Origin: Sminthopsis crassicaudata
Taxonomy: Eukaryota
Direction of reading: 5' to 3'
DNA length: 64,000 nucleotides
Assembly (NCBI RefSeq): GCF_048593235.1
Contig: NC_133620.1
Coordinates: 292,593,765 to 292,657,764, forward strand
In this document: positions 1 to 10,766 of the stretch, piece by piece
How positions within the stretch are numbered: position 1 is the first letter of the stretch
Layout of the letters: the number at the start of each line of letters is the position of its first letter
Position numbers and translations under genes: made by a program
The notes under the pieces: generated by a model
Seen by the model: the letters and a program-made list of their open reading frames with translations, nothing else
Told to the model about the DNA's origin: nothing
Databases searched by the model: none

Positions 1-186
1 CAAGAAAATGGTATTTACACACATGTATTGTATCTAGGTTATATTGTAACACAAGTAAAATGTATGGGATAGCCTGTCATCGGGGGGAGGGAGTAGAGGA
101 AGGGGGGGGATAATTTGGAAAAAGGAATACAAGGGATAATATTATAAAAAAATATATAATAAAAAATTTAAAAAAAAAAAAAAAAA
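1..186 (+). mobile_element. L1 3' UTR end with poly(A) tail (in ABCF1 intron 18)
   Basis: Reverse complement of the L1 3' ends at 34.8-35.0 kb and 40.6-40.8 kb; ends in an A-run at ~170-186. Confidence 0.75.
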
Positions 187-329
187 AGGGAGGAGAGCCC
201 AATGGTCCTCACCAAGCTCCTTGGCCTACAAACACAATGAATCAGTCTTGTCTTCAGGCAAATTCTTGAGCAGGTAAAAAGATGTAATCAAGAATCGTTT
301 TGCTAATCTAGAACTTTGCCCAAAGAGTT

Positions 330-905
330 ATAAAACTGCATACCCTTTGACCCAGCAGTGCTATTAGATGGTCTGTATTCAAACAAAATTTTAAAGGAGG
401 AAAGAATGTACATGTGCAAAAATGTATGTAGTAGTTCTTTTTGGGGTAGCAAAGAATTGGAAGAGTGGATGCTCATCAATTGGAGAATGGCTGAACAAGC
501 TGTGGTAAGTGAAAGAAATGGAATATTATTGTGCTATAAAAAATGATGCACAAGTTGATTATAGAAAAGCCATGGAAAAATGCTGAGGGAAACAAGCAGA
601 ATCAAGGAATAATACATTGTACATAATAACAGCAAGAATGTGTGATGATCAACTATGAAAAGCTTGGTTCTTCTCAATGGTTCCATGATCTGAAGCAATC
701 CCATAGACTTTGGACAGAAAATGCCATCTGCATCCAGAAAAATATCTAAGGAGACTGAATATAAATCAACACATGCTATGTTCACTTCTTTTTTCTGTTG
801 CTTTTTTAAAAAAACACTCTCATGGCTTTTCCCTTTTGCTCTGATGTTTATCTCTACATGGTTCATAAAGCAACATGTATTAAGCATAAACTTGCAATTA
901 AAAAA
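330..905 (+). mobile_element. Degraded L1 3' portion (ORF2 C-terminus and 3' UTR)
   Basis: TGCATACCCTTTGACCCAGCAGTGCTATTA and downstream sequence resemble the ORF2 end at 38.9-39.1 kb; A-rich end. Confidence 0.7.
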
Positions 906-1108
906 AAATTTTGCTAACTGGATTTCTTTGTTGCAAGGAGTACTGAATAAAAGGAACAATGGTGTAAAAAACCAAAAGCACAAAAAAAGCAAAACAAAAA
1001 GATAAAATGGCACTGGGAAAGGAAAAGTACTGGTGAGGGGTAGGAGCAGTAAGGAAAGTTTAGGGGTATGTGTAATATATAGTCCTGCCCTATAAGCTCT
1101 CTACTAAC

Positions 1109-4100
1109 CATGCAGTCCCAGCACAGGGGGGCTGAGTGGTGGGGGGTCAGGGAAAGTGAATCGCACAGTATATTCCTTTGGTCGCTTCAAAAGCTCAGGT
1201 GCCTCTTGAGCCTCCTCATCCTGGTTTTTCCGACGGCATTTCTGTTGCTTCCGGGTAAGGGCCTCCTTTGTTTGCTTCTCCTGGAGAGGTTGGGAATGGA
1301 AGCACAAGTATCATGCATGGATCAATCTACAGAGACCTCTGGGCCAATCTTCTTACCCCACCATAGGATAGAATTGTATGTTCATCAAGGATCCCAGCTC
1401 CTTAAAGGAAAACTCCCTAGTCAGGATTGTTCAACAAAAGCCTAGTGTGCCATCTTGCTCCTGCCCCTGCATCTCACCGCCTGCTTGGTGGACTTGCCCC
1501 CAGCCTTGAGCTCTTTTAGCTTCTTTTCTTGCTTCTCATATTGCTTCAAAAGCTCTTTCTGCTTCTGCTGGTACATCTTTTTAAAGGTCACTATGACAGG
1601 AATGGAAAGTAATAATCAGCAATTGCTTTATAGGGGTCAGCAGAAAGATCCTTTAAGTACTGGTGGTATTACATCATCATTATGCCTTCTTCTCCATCCC
1701 CTTAGTGTTAAAAGTTATCAGGTATATGCCCCCCTCATTCCCTACTTACTATAGTTGCCTCTATAGTAATGGAGTCTCTGGGCATCCAGATGGATAATGT
1801 CAGTACAAACGTCATCTAGGAAGCCCTGGTCATGGGATACAATAAGTAGTGTCTTTCTCCAGCCCTGAAGATAGCTTTGTTGGAGACAAAATAAAAACAA
1901 AAACAAAACAAACAAAGGTGGGGCAACTCATCAAACTTCAAATTAAAGAGGAGAGAGCTAAAAGGAAGACAATAGGAAAACGGAAAATTTGGGAGTATCA
2001 TAGAATTTGTTTTGGGAAAATATTAGAACTAAAGAGATGCCTAAGATCAGAGAAAAGAAAGATTTGTCAATGTGTCATAGTAAAGGACTCAAAGGATAGT
2101 ACTGGATAGAAAAAGCTAAGATACTCACTTGTTGAGCCAAATAACAGCATTGAGATCTAGGTGGTTGGTGGGCTCATCCAACATCAGCAGGGTAGGCTCC
2201 ATAAAAAGTGCCCTATAAAATGGAGTGGATCAGAGATTTGAGGAGAGGAAAAAAAGGGCCTCTTTTACCCCTGACTGATTAGAAAGTCCTATCTTCAGTT
2301 GTCTATCAAAAACAGAATAAAATTTAGGAATTCAACTGTTAAAAAAAAAAAAAAAAAGAGTAGGAAAGGAAAGGTTTTGTAACATCTAGATGGTTATTGG
2401 AGATGACAGAAAATAAAAAATGAGAAAAGGACACTGGGATTGTTACAGACTAGCTCTACCTTGCTAAGGAGACTCGCATACGCCAGCCCCCAGAAAACTT
2501 CTGTGTGGGCCGATTTTGCATCTCAGGATCAAAACCCAGACCAGCAAGAATCCGCCGTGCTTTAGCCTCTGCTGCAGCAGCTCCCATGGCACGAAGTTCT
2601 TCATATACCTGGAATAAGGATAGGACAATGATAATCCTAAAAACCGAGCATCTTAATGCGTTTGTTATCCACATGACTTACTCTATACCTAGGCAGCTCT
2701 ACATCATACAAACCAACTCCTCTCATCTTCCCTCTAGCTCCTCAAACTCAAATATTCTTTCCTAGTCACCATTTTTTTATGTTTAGTCTCCCCCTACCAG
2801 AATGTATGCTCCTTGAAGGCAGGAATTCTTATTTACAAACTTTTAATTCCAATGTTTTTTACCACTGTTAGACACATAATAAGCACTTCCATTCATTTAT
2901 TTCATTAACATACCGCATCAAGAGCCTCCAAGACCGTGAATGCCCTCCTATGTATCCTTTACCTTCTCGAGTCTCTCTGCTGCAGCATCATCTCCTTGCT
3001 CCAGCCTACCCTGGAGTCTCTTCTCCTCCTCTAGCAACTTTAGCCGCTTAGTGTCAGCACGAAGTACAGCCTGCACAGCTGGGGTTTCATCTGCTACTAC
3101 CTCTGGGGTGGGGAGAAGGGTTGTAGTTTTTAGATTGAAACCTAGAAGCCTCCTCTTCTATCAGCAACACTCCCCTCCCCCAACACACACATGCCCTTTT
3201 CTTTCCTCTTACTCCTCCTCCTACTCTTGATTTGCTTCCCCCTAAGAGGCTCTCTAAGCTTTTTCTTAGTTTGACTTAATTCTTCCCACATGCTTCTCTT
3301 TCCTAAGCACATCTGGATTTCTTTTCTTCCAAATTCCCATCAATTCTTCCTCCTTTCCCTCCCCCCCTTATATCAGGCCAATATCTCCTCACTACCCACA
3401 CAGTCACTGTCTTTATTCCTTCATATAAACCACCCTGCTCACTTTCAAATTATCTCACCCTAGCTGCCCTTCCCAAAACTACTTTCCTTCCTACCTTGCT
3501 CACAAAGCAACACATCTATGTTGGGAGGGATGCTAAGAGCTCGATTGGCAATGTGTTTGAGCAGCGTTGTCTTGCCCTTACTGAGAAAAAAGAGCAGTCA
3601 GAACAAGACTTATGACACAAACCCTTTTATTTATAACCCTTCCCTCTCCTCACCCATTGGGTCCCACGAGCCCATAGCGGCGGCCAGCCACAATGTACAG
3701 GTCTGCATTGACAAAGAGTTCCTTGCCATGGGCTGAGATGCTAAACTTCTCCAGCTTGGAACAGGGGAGAATAGAAGAGAAAATACTGTCATTACCTTCC
3801 TTCCAATGAAAACTCTACCACATTTCCCATTACTAAGAAAGTAGTTCTTTTACCTTTGAGTTCCCCAATATTTTCAATAGCAAAGTCAATCTATATGCTC
3901 CATACTTTCTAGAATTACCTGATTTAACCCTTAAATGTTCTCTTTCCCATTATACAATCTACTCAAAATAAGTCTTTTCCCACAATTCTCTGCTTCAGAT
4001 TCCACACCTTGATATCAGAGGCATTCTCCAGCATGGCCTGGCGGGAAGACACTTCAGCTTGGGATACTGAAAAATCATTTTCGGCAGCATTGGCTGCCTT

Positions 4101-7100
4101 CAGTGTGGCTACTTGCCTTTCATATTCCATCTACAGACAGAAAAAAGGAATGGATTTAGATATACTCCAATCCCACCCCATCCCACATACCCAGCTATGT
4201 GATTCTAGTGATGCAGCCTGATTTAACTTTTTCCTTCAACTAGATCCTATATAATCCCCCAAGCTTTTAGGGTCTTTTTCTTCCTAACCTCTCCAATCAC
4301 AGTTTCTTACCATAATTATTTCAAGGATCCATGTATTCTATGTCTCTCTGACCCTCCACCCCCTTTCTTCCTAACCTGTTTCTTCAGCTTCTTTTTCTCC
4401 TTTTTGCTGAGGTGAGCATAGGGATCATCTGCCTTGGCCTCACCCTCTTCTTCTTCATCCCCTTCTCCTTCCTCCTCTGAGCCCTGTGGAAATAGATGAA
4501 AAATAAGAAATCATAATTTTCCTTCCAGGACTCAGTTTTCATGGTCTCCTGCCCAGCCATGATCCTATTTTTCTCAAGGACCTAGAAATCTGGTATTCAG
4601 CTCTCTTCCCAACACCATCTCACAATTGGTGTATGTTTAATTTAATTCAACAACTAGTATGTACATAATGTAAAGAAAAACAACACTCAATAAGCTTATA
4701 TTTTTCTGAATAATAAAACAAAAACATAAAGAAATAAATTTGGAGAGGGAGAAGATACTAGACACAGAGAGGATCAAAAAAAGACTTCAAAGAAACAGAC
4801 TGTCTAGTATCACCTGGAATAGAACACATATCTTTACTTTATCAACTTCTAACCAAAGGGAGGGAAAGATGAAATTGACATGACATGACTGCAATGTAAC
4901 ATCTGTATCCAACATGTAGGTACAGAGTAAATTAGAGAAAAAGGACAAAATAAATGAATTGTAAATCCTATGTATCTTGAGTTGAATAATTTATTAGAGA
5001 TCAAGTCAAACCCTCTCATTTTACAGATGAGGTAAAGAAAGATAAAGTGATTGCTCAAGTGAACACAGGTGGCAAGTAAAAGAAAAAAGATTTTGAACTT
5101 AGGTTCTCTGGTTTCAAACTGAGTCTTTTATACTATGCCACAATATCCCCTGATATCTCTTATAATGAAAATCTATGTCATCCTAAGAATCCAGTCCCCT
5201 AGTCCTTTTACACCAATGCCCTCCTTCCTTCTTGAAACATTTGGATATCTGATTTTTCAACCCCATACCTGTTCCTCTTTCTTAAGTTTATCCTTCTCCC
5301 ATCTGGAAAGCTCCTTCTCTTTGGATATTTCTCCTTTCTCTTCATCATCCAAAGCATCAAATTTATTCTGGGGCTGATAGGCAAAGTACAGTAATCTCAA
5401 CAGGTGAAATTCCTATTGCTACTCTTATCAACACTCCCAAAAGATTTTCCTTACCTTCACTTTCCCTTTTGACTTTTCTTCCTTTCCCCTTCTGACCTTC
5501 TGCTCAGGCAGCTGCTCTTGGGAAACAGCCTAAGAATGGCAAAGATTTGGTTGCAGAGTGCCAACTACTGTGTAACTGCTATAGTAATATTAACATTAAT
5601 AGTAGCAACTACTGACATTTCCATAGTCTCTAAGAGGTAGAGATAAAAGAACTAGGAGATAACTTTCTGACCCAGAAGTTTCAAGACTAGTTATACTAGG
5701 CAAAAACTTAGGCCATGAGTAAAAAAAAAAATCATGCAGGAGCACAAGTACAAAATCTATATGAATGCACAGAGAGAGAGCTGATCCCAATCTAACATAA
5801 CAAAGGAAAGCATTTTTTTGAGAAATAAGTCCTAAAAGATAGTAGATATGGATTCTAGGACAGGGGAAACACAAACTACAGATTTATATCTAGAAGTTAG
5901 CTCAAAAATAACCTAGTTTCTTACTTTACATAGAAGAAAACTAAAGTCCAAAGAAAAATGATTTGCTTAAAACCAACCACATTGTAAATGACAGACACAG
6001 GATTTGAATTTAGGTCCTCTGACTCTAAAGTTAAGTGCTCTTTTCATTGTACTTCTCTACTGAGGTTAGAACTCCAGCCACAGAGAAAGGGATAATTAAG
6101 ATGGATGCTAAGGGAGATGTTTGAGAAATAATGAAAAATGAAGTACAAAAAATCAGGATGCTGGTAAATAGCAGGCTTTGTGTGCTGTTATGAATTTAGA
6201 TTTTACTGAAAAGGAGTTACTGAGCCAGAAAGTAACATGGTTAAAAATAGCATTTAAGAAAGACAGTTTTGGCCAAAACAGACTTCAAGAAGAACTAAAA
6301 GCACAACAGGCATTATAGCAATACAGGTGGGAAGGGTTAGAATATTATACTTGACAAAAAAGAGACAAAGGTTAAGAATTTTATAATTCAACACTGTCTA
6401 TATTCCTAGCCACCTTATTTATTCGATTTTTCTCTGGTTTGGCGGGTTTTGACAATTGTTCTTCCTCTTCTTCTTCCTCACTCTGGTCCTGTATCAGGGC
6501 AGCAAATACATTACCACCCTAAGGAAGGAAAGAGTACAAGTGAGAAAATGAAACCTGTAACTTAGCTCTTGTGTGAGAATTCTACCTACCACATAGGGCT
6601 GCTTACCTTAGCTTTCTTCCCACCTCGAGGTACTGGAACAGGAACTGAAATGACAGAAGGAAGGAAAGTGGGAAAGAGAAACAAAATGCTTGACCTTGCA
6701 ATTTCCAAAAAGAAATCTGACTGATTTATCGCACTCTTTTTGGTAATCTATTTAAGATTCCCATTTTCTCACCTTCATCTTCTTCATCACTGGCTGGAAC
6801 AGAGAGTTTCTTGAGCCTTTCCATAAGTTCCTTCTCTTCCCCATCATCATCATCAATATCTTTCTTTCGTCGCCCTTTTCGGCTATCTCGTTTTTTCTTC
6901 TGCTGTTGCTGCTGCTAAAGGTATGAGGAAATAGTCGAATAAATTCCAGACCATCTATCATATAATTCCACATCTATCAATGTGAACATTCATTGGTATG
7001 GACAAGGGACCTCTAACATCTTTGGTTGTAAAGATCTTATTGTAACATACCTGCTGCTGTTCTTTTTCTTTGATTACCTTCACTTCCTCTTCCTCCCCTG

Positions 7101-8275
7101 CATGCTTTTCCTCTACAGCTAATTCCTCAAAAAACTAGGAAATAAGAACATATGAGGGGGATTTGAATTAAAGTTATAGCCCAAAGTGGTTCAATCAAAT
7201 TGTACATACCCCTTCCTCTTTCGCTTCTTTCCTTCTTGTGTTGTCCCTTGTCCCTCCACATTGTTATTTACTTCATAAGGCTTTGTCAACAATGCCAGTT
7301 ACCATCTCTATTTTTCCTCCTAGTCCCCAACTTTCTCACCGTCTTTTTGGTCTTCTTGTCCTTCTTTCCTTTCTTGACAACCTTATCTGGAGGAAAAAGT
7401 AAATAATGCCCTTATCTTTCCATCTTTAAATCTTAGAGATGCCCATAGTTCTTTAAGTTTCCTGAGCTCAGCAAATATTTATTTTCCTCTTGGAACTGAA
7501 CCTTAGAGACTATGGAAAAGGAGTCTATTCCAATTTAGCCTAATCTCATGATCCTTCTTCACCCTGATCATTTCTCAGGGTTACAGCTAAAGCTTCCCCT
7601 CTTTTTCTTTGAGACTTAAGATGCCCTCTAGGCCATATACTTTCTTTCTCCTTTCCCTTAATGGCCTTATTTTACAGATCCTGGAACTCAGGAAAGTTGT
7701 GATCTGTCCATGATCATACAACTAGTAAATATCCCAGGCACCTCAACTATGGTTTTGGGGATACAAAATCTGGTATTTTTTGCCTAAAGATCTATATTTC
7801 ATGTAGGGCGCAGGGAGTGAAACTGAAGTCCTGTCCTTCCTTGACAGGCAATTGTCTAGAAAGAAAGTCTCCACAACAGGGAGCACTGAAAAGGGATCAC
7901 AAAGAAAAGGGAATACCAATTTTCCCATTCATACTTTTCTATACATATTTGACATATTCCCACCTCTCAAATCCAGCCCAAGTCACTACCCGCTGACGCC
8001 ACCCTAAATTTTCGGAGTCCAGAGAACCCTCTTTCCAAGCTTCCAAGACCGCGCATGCGCAGTTTCCCCTCGTCTCCAGTTCCGACAGATGCCTTGTTAA
8101 GATTCTGCCTCGCGACTATTTCTCGCCCCACCCCCCTCTCTGTCGGACGCGTGCCAGGGTCCCCGTGGTCTCGCCCTCTAACAATCCGTCTTGCTTTCCC
8201 ACCTGCAGGGCTCGCGTTCTCTCGATCCCCAATCCACTCTGGCTCTGGTGGCTGCTGCTTCACTGCCTTCGGCAT
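1109..8275 (-). CDS. ABCF1: ATP-binding cassette subfamily F member 1 (ABC50), exons 1-18; 3' exons lie outside the window (<1)
   Basis: Coding exons, all GT-AG with consistent phase: 8203-8275, 7340-7386, 7051-7134, 6773-6914, 6607-6644, 6414-6518, 5455-5529, 5269-5373, 4376-4483, 4008-4130, 3654-3754, 3495-3580, 2963-3102, 2460-2608, 2129-2212, 1750-1874, 1478-1590, 1109-1280 (1870 nt). N-terminus [17 protein letters not shown], polyQ and acidic low-complexity region, Walker A GPNGKGKT, signature FSGGWRMR, Walker [13 protein letters not shown]. Matches recalled human ABCF1. Confidence 0.97.
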
Positions 8276-8620
8276 CTCGGCGACAGTTAAGACTATTCCC
8301 GGTGTCGCTAGCTTCACTTCCGTTTCCGGTGGCTGGGGGGGGGTGGGCTAAACAATCTGCGGGATTCTATAGGACACAAGCGAAGCAACCCGGATGCATA
8401 CCTGCTCTCTATCAAGCACGTGACACACCATCGCTGCTCTGAAAAAAAATGAGGAAAAGCGGAAGCCGCAAAGCGCCCTCGCCGCGTTTACGATTTCCGG
8501 TCAGGGTCGTCAAATATGAATCCTGAGCTATAGCTGGTCCTTTCAACTATAAAGATGAATGAATTGTCCCGCCTTCCTAAGAGAGCGCAAATCAAATTTC
8601 AGGCGCACTCTCATTCCGAC
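7960..8620 (-). promoter_or_regulatory. CpG-island promoter and exon 1 region of ABCF1
   Basis: CpG-rich. Tandem ETS sites ACCGGAAACGGAAGT (8316-8330, minus), E-box CACGTGAC (~8418-8425), further CGGAAG/TTCCGG sites at 8456-8500, NRF1-type palindrome GCGCATGCGC in intron 1 (8051-8060). Confidence 0.75.
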
Positions 8621-9692
8621 TTGGAACTGGAAAGACACTTAGTCCAAGCCAAGATATAACGTTGGGCGCTGTTGAGGCCAGAAGGGGCGTCCTGGGTGAA
8701 AGGAGAGATCTTTCCTTCCAAGTAATTGCGAGAGCATAATGGGTGGATGACACGGGGCAGTGGCAAGGGCACTCAGTTCACCTTGTGTCAGAGGTCTAAG
8801 AATCAGGTTTTGATTCCTGGCTCTGCAGGGATTAAGTGACATTAAATTCAGGGCCTCTTTATTTTTTTCTCTAAAAAGCTGAGTGATGGAGGGGGGGGGG
8901 GAGATAAACTAGAAAATCTTCCTCTTCCTAACCCTAAATGTGTAAAATTATGAACACTAGATCTTCCGGACCCAGCAATTCAGTGCGCCAGGCAAGTTAT
9001 GTAAAATGCTGGCTTCAGCCAAGAGGGGTACGGTACTTCTGTGAGTGAATACAGCTTATTCAGGACCACACAACCCTTTCTTTACAGGACAAAGACCACC
9101 AACAAAGTGATCGAACCAGACTTGCCTTCAACAATTCAATATAACTCAGATCAAGAATTTAAGTGCTTGCTCCACGAAAGTCAATATACTCAACAATAAG
9201 GACACACTGGGACAAAAACAAGTCTGTCCTTGAGTTTACATTTTACTTATGAGGGAAAAGTTAAGATACAAACAACATGAATATAGGTAAGTATATTTGA
9301 AGGAATTGGGATGGAGTCCAACAACTGGGGTGTTCAGGAAAAAATTTGTGTTAGTTTGTCTCATGTGAGCTGAGCATTTAAGAGGTGTAGGAATTCCAAG
9401 AGGGAAAAAAAAGTAAAGTGGGGAGGATGAGCATTCCAAGCATGGGGATAAGGTATAGAAATGGGAAACAATGTCCAACAAAATAACATTGAGCCAGGTG
9501 AGATGAAAACGAGTGCATAAAAAGTAATAGGAAATATGCCTAAAAATTAAATCTAGAACTGTAGTACAGATGTTTAAACCTGTGGATTTAAACAGAGGAG
9601 TTTGTATTTTAGCCTATTCTAGAATACTCTTTATGTTCCTCATTCACAAAAACTACAGGAACACCAAGATTAAATAAAATGTTTCATTTGAG

Positions 9693-9698
9693 TTTATT
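9693..9698 (-). terminator. Candidate PRR3 poly(A) signal
   Basis: AATAAA on the minus strand ~1.07 kb after the stop, preceded by a long U-rich tract (A27 on plus). Motif only. Confidence 0.35.
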
Positions 9699-10766
9699 AC
9701 TTAAAAAAAAAAAAAAAAAAAAAAAAAAGCTAAAAAACAAAGACTTCAATTAGTCATGGCCTCAGTCCCTCCCTCCCTCCCTCCCTCCCTCCCCCCACAT
9801 TTCCTACTCTTTCTTCAGGTTTTAAGCACAAAACAACAAAATCTGTTTTAAAAGAACAACACTGGGATAAAGGTAAGGAAAAGGCAGTAGTATCATCTAA
9901 GCTCCACCCACTGAGATAAGGGAATTTCTTTGCCCAAAGATCTGTGGAGATTCACAGAATCCAACTGACTGGAGAGAGGGAAAATGGAAGAGAGGGAAGC
10001 AAAAATTGGGAGTAAGCTAAGAGAACATTCACTATTTCACACTCAGAATGACTTGGAGCAAGGGGAAAGCCAGGTGAACCAGAGGGTTCTTGCTATGGGG
10101 CATTTCTCACACCTACAATTGCTGAAAGTGAGAAAGGGGTTGAAGGGCACCATTAACATAAAAATTCCTGTCAAGATGGTGTCCTTTTTCAAAACTATAC
10201 AAGCTCACAAGAACCACAAGTAACACCTGAAGGGGGTAAATTGTGGGTGAACAGCACCAATTAGATTTCTATTACAACTTACCAGGGGAAAGTCACTCAT
10301 GGGTTAAGAGTAAAGAGATATAGCATTGCAATTACAACACTCTACCCCACCCTCTCTCCATTCCCAAAGAGAAAAAGGTAGATGATGCAAATCAATGATT
10401 AGAAAACCTCCCAGACCACTACTAATGTGGAATGTTGCATACATTTTGAGCATGTGGTCCATCTGATAATTTGTGTTAAGTGATTTTCTTTGTTACAAGA
10501 CAGGGTTGGGGGAAGGTGTTACTGGGAAGTGACTGGTGTAGAAACCAAAAATATTAAAACATTATTATTATTTTTTTTTTTCAACTTTCTTGGCCACTCC
10601 TTTCTTCCACCCATCCTCCTAGACCCCAGATAGGGGAAGGAGAGGGTCAGGCTCAAACTGCTTTCTTGGCCAGAAACACCTCAGAGAAGCCAACAAAGAA
10701 CAACAGGGCATTTATCTTCCAGGATAGGAAAAGTCCACTGAAGCCTAATTGGTAGAAGGCACTGTT

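Noticed and set aside
8276-8317. In-frame upstream GTG giving a 14-aa N-terminal extension of ABCF1
   Set aside because: It overlaps the ETS sites and is probably at or near the TSS; no evidence of use without ribosome profiling.
8590-8830. tRNA-like A/B-box fragments
   Set aside because: They belong to degraded MIR/CORE-SINEs; no cloverleaf. No tRNA, rRNA, snoRNA or CRISPR features are supported anywhere in the window.
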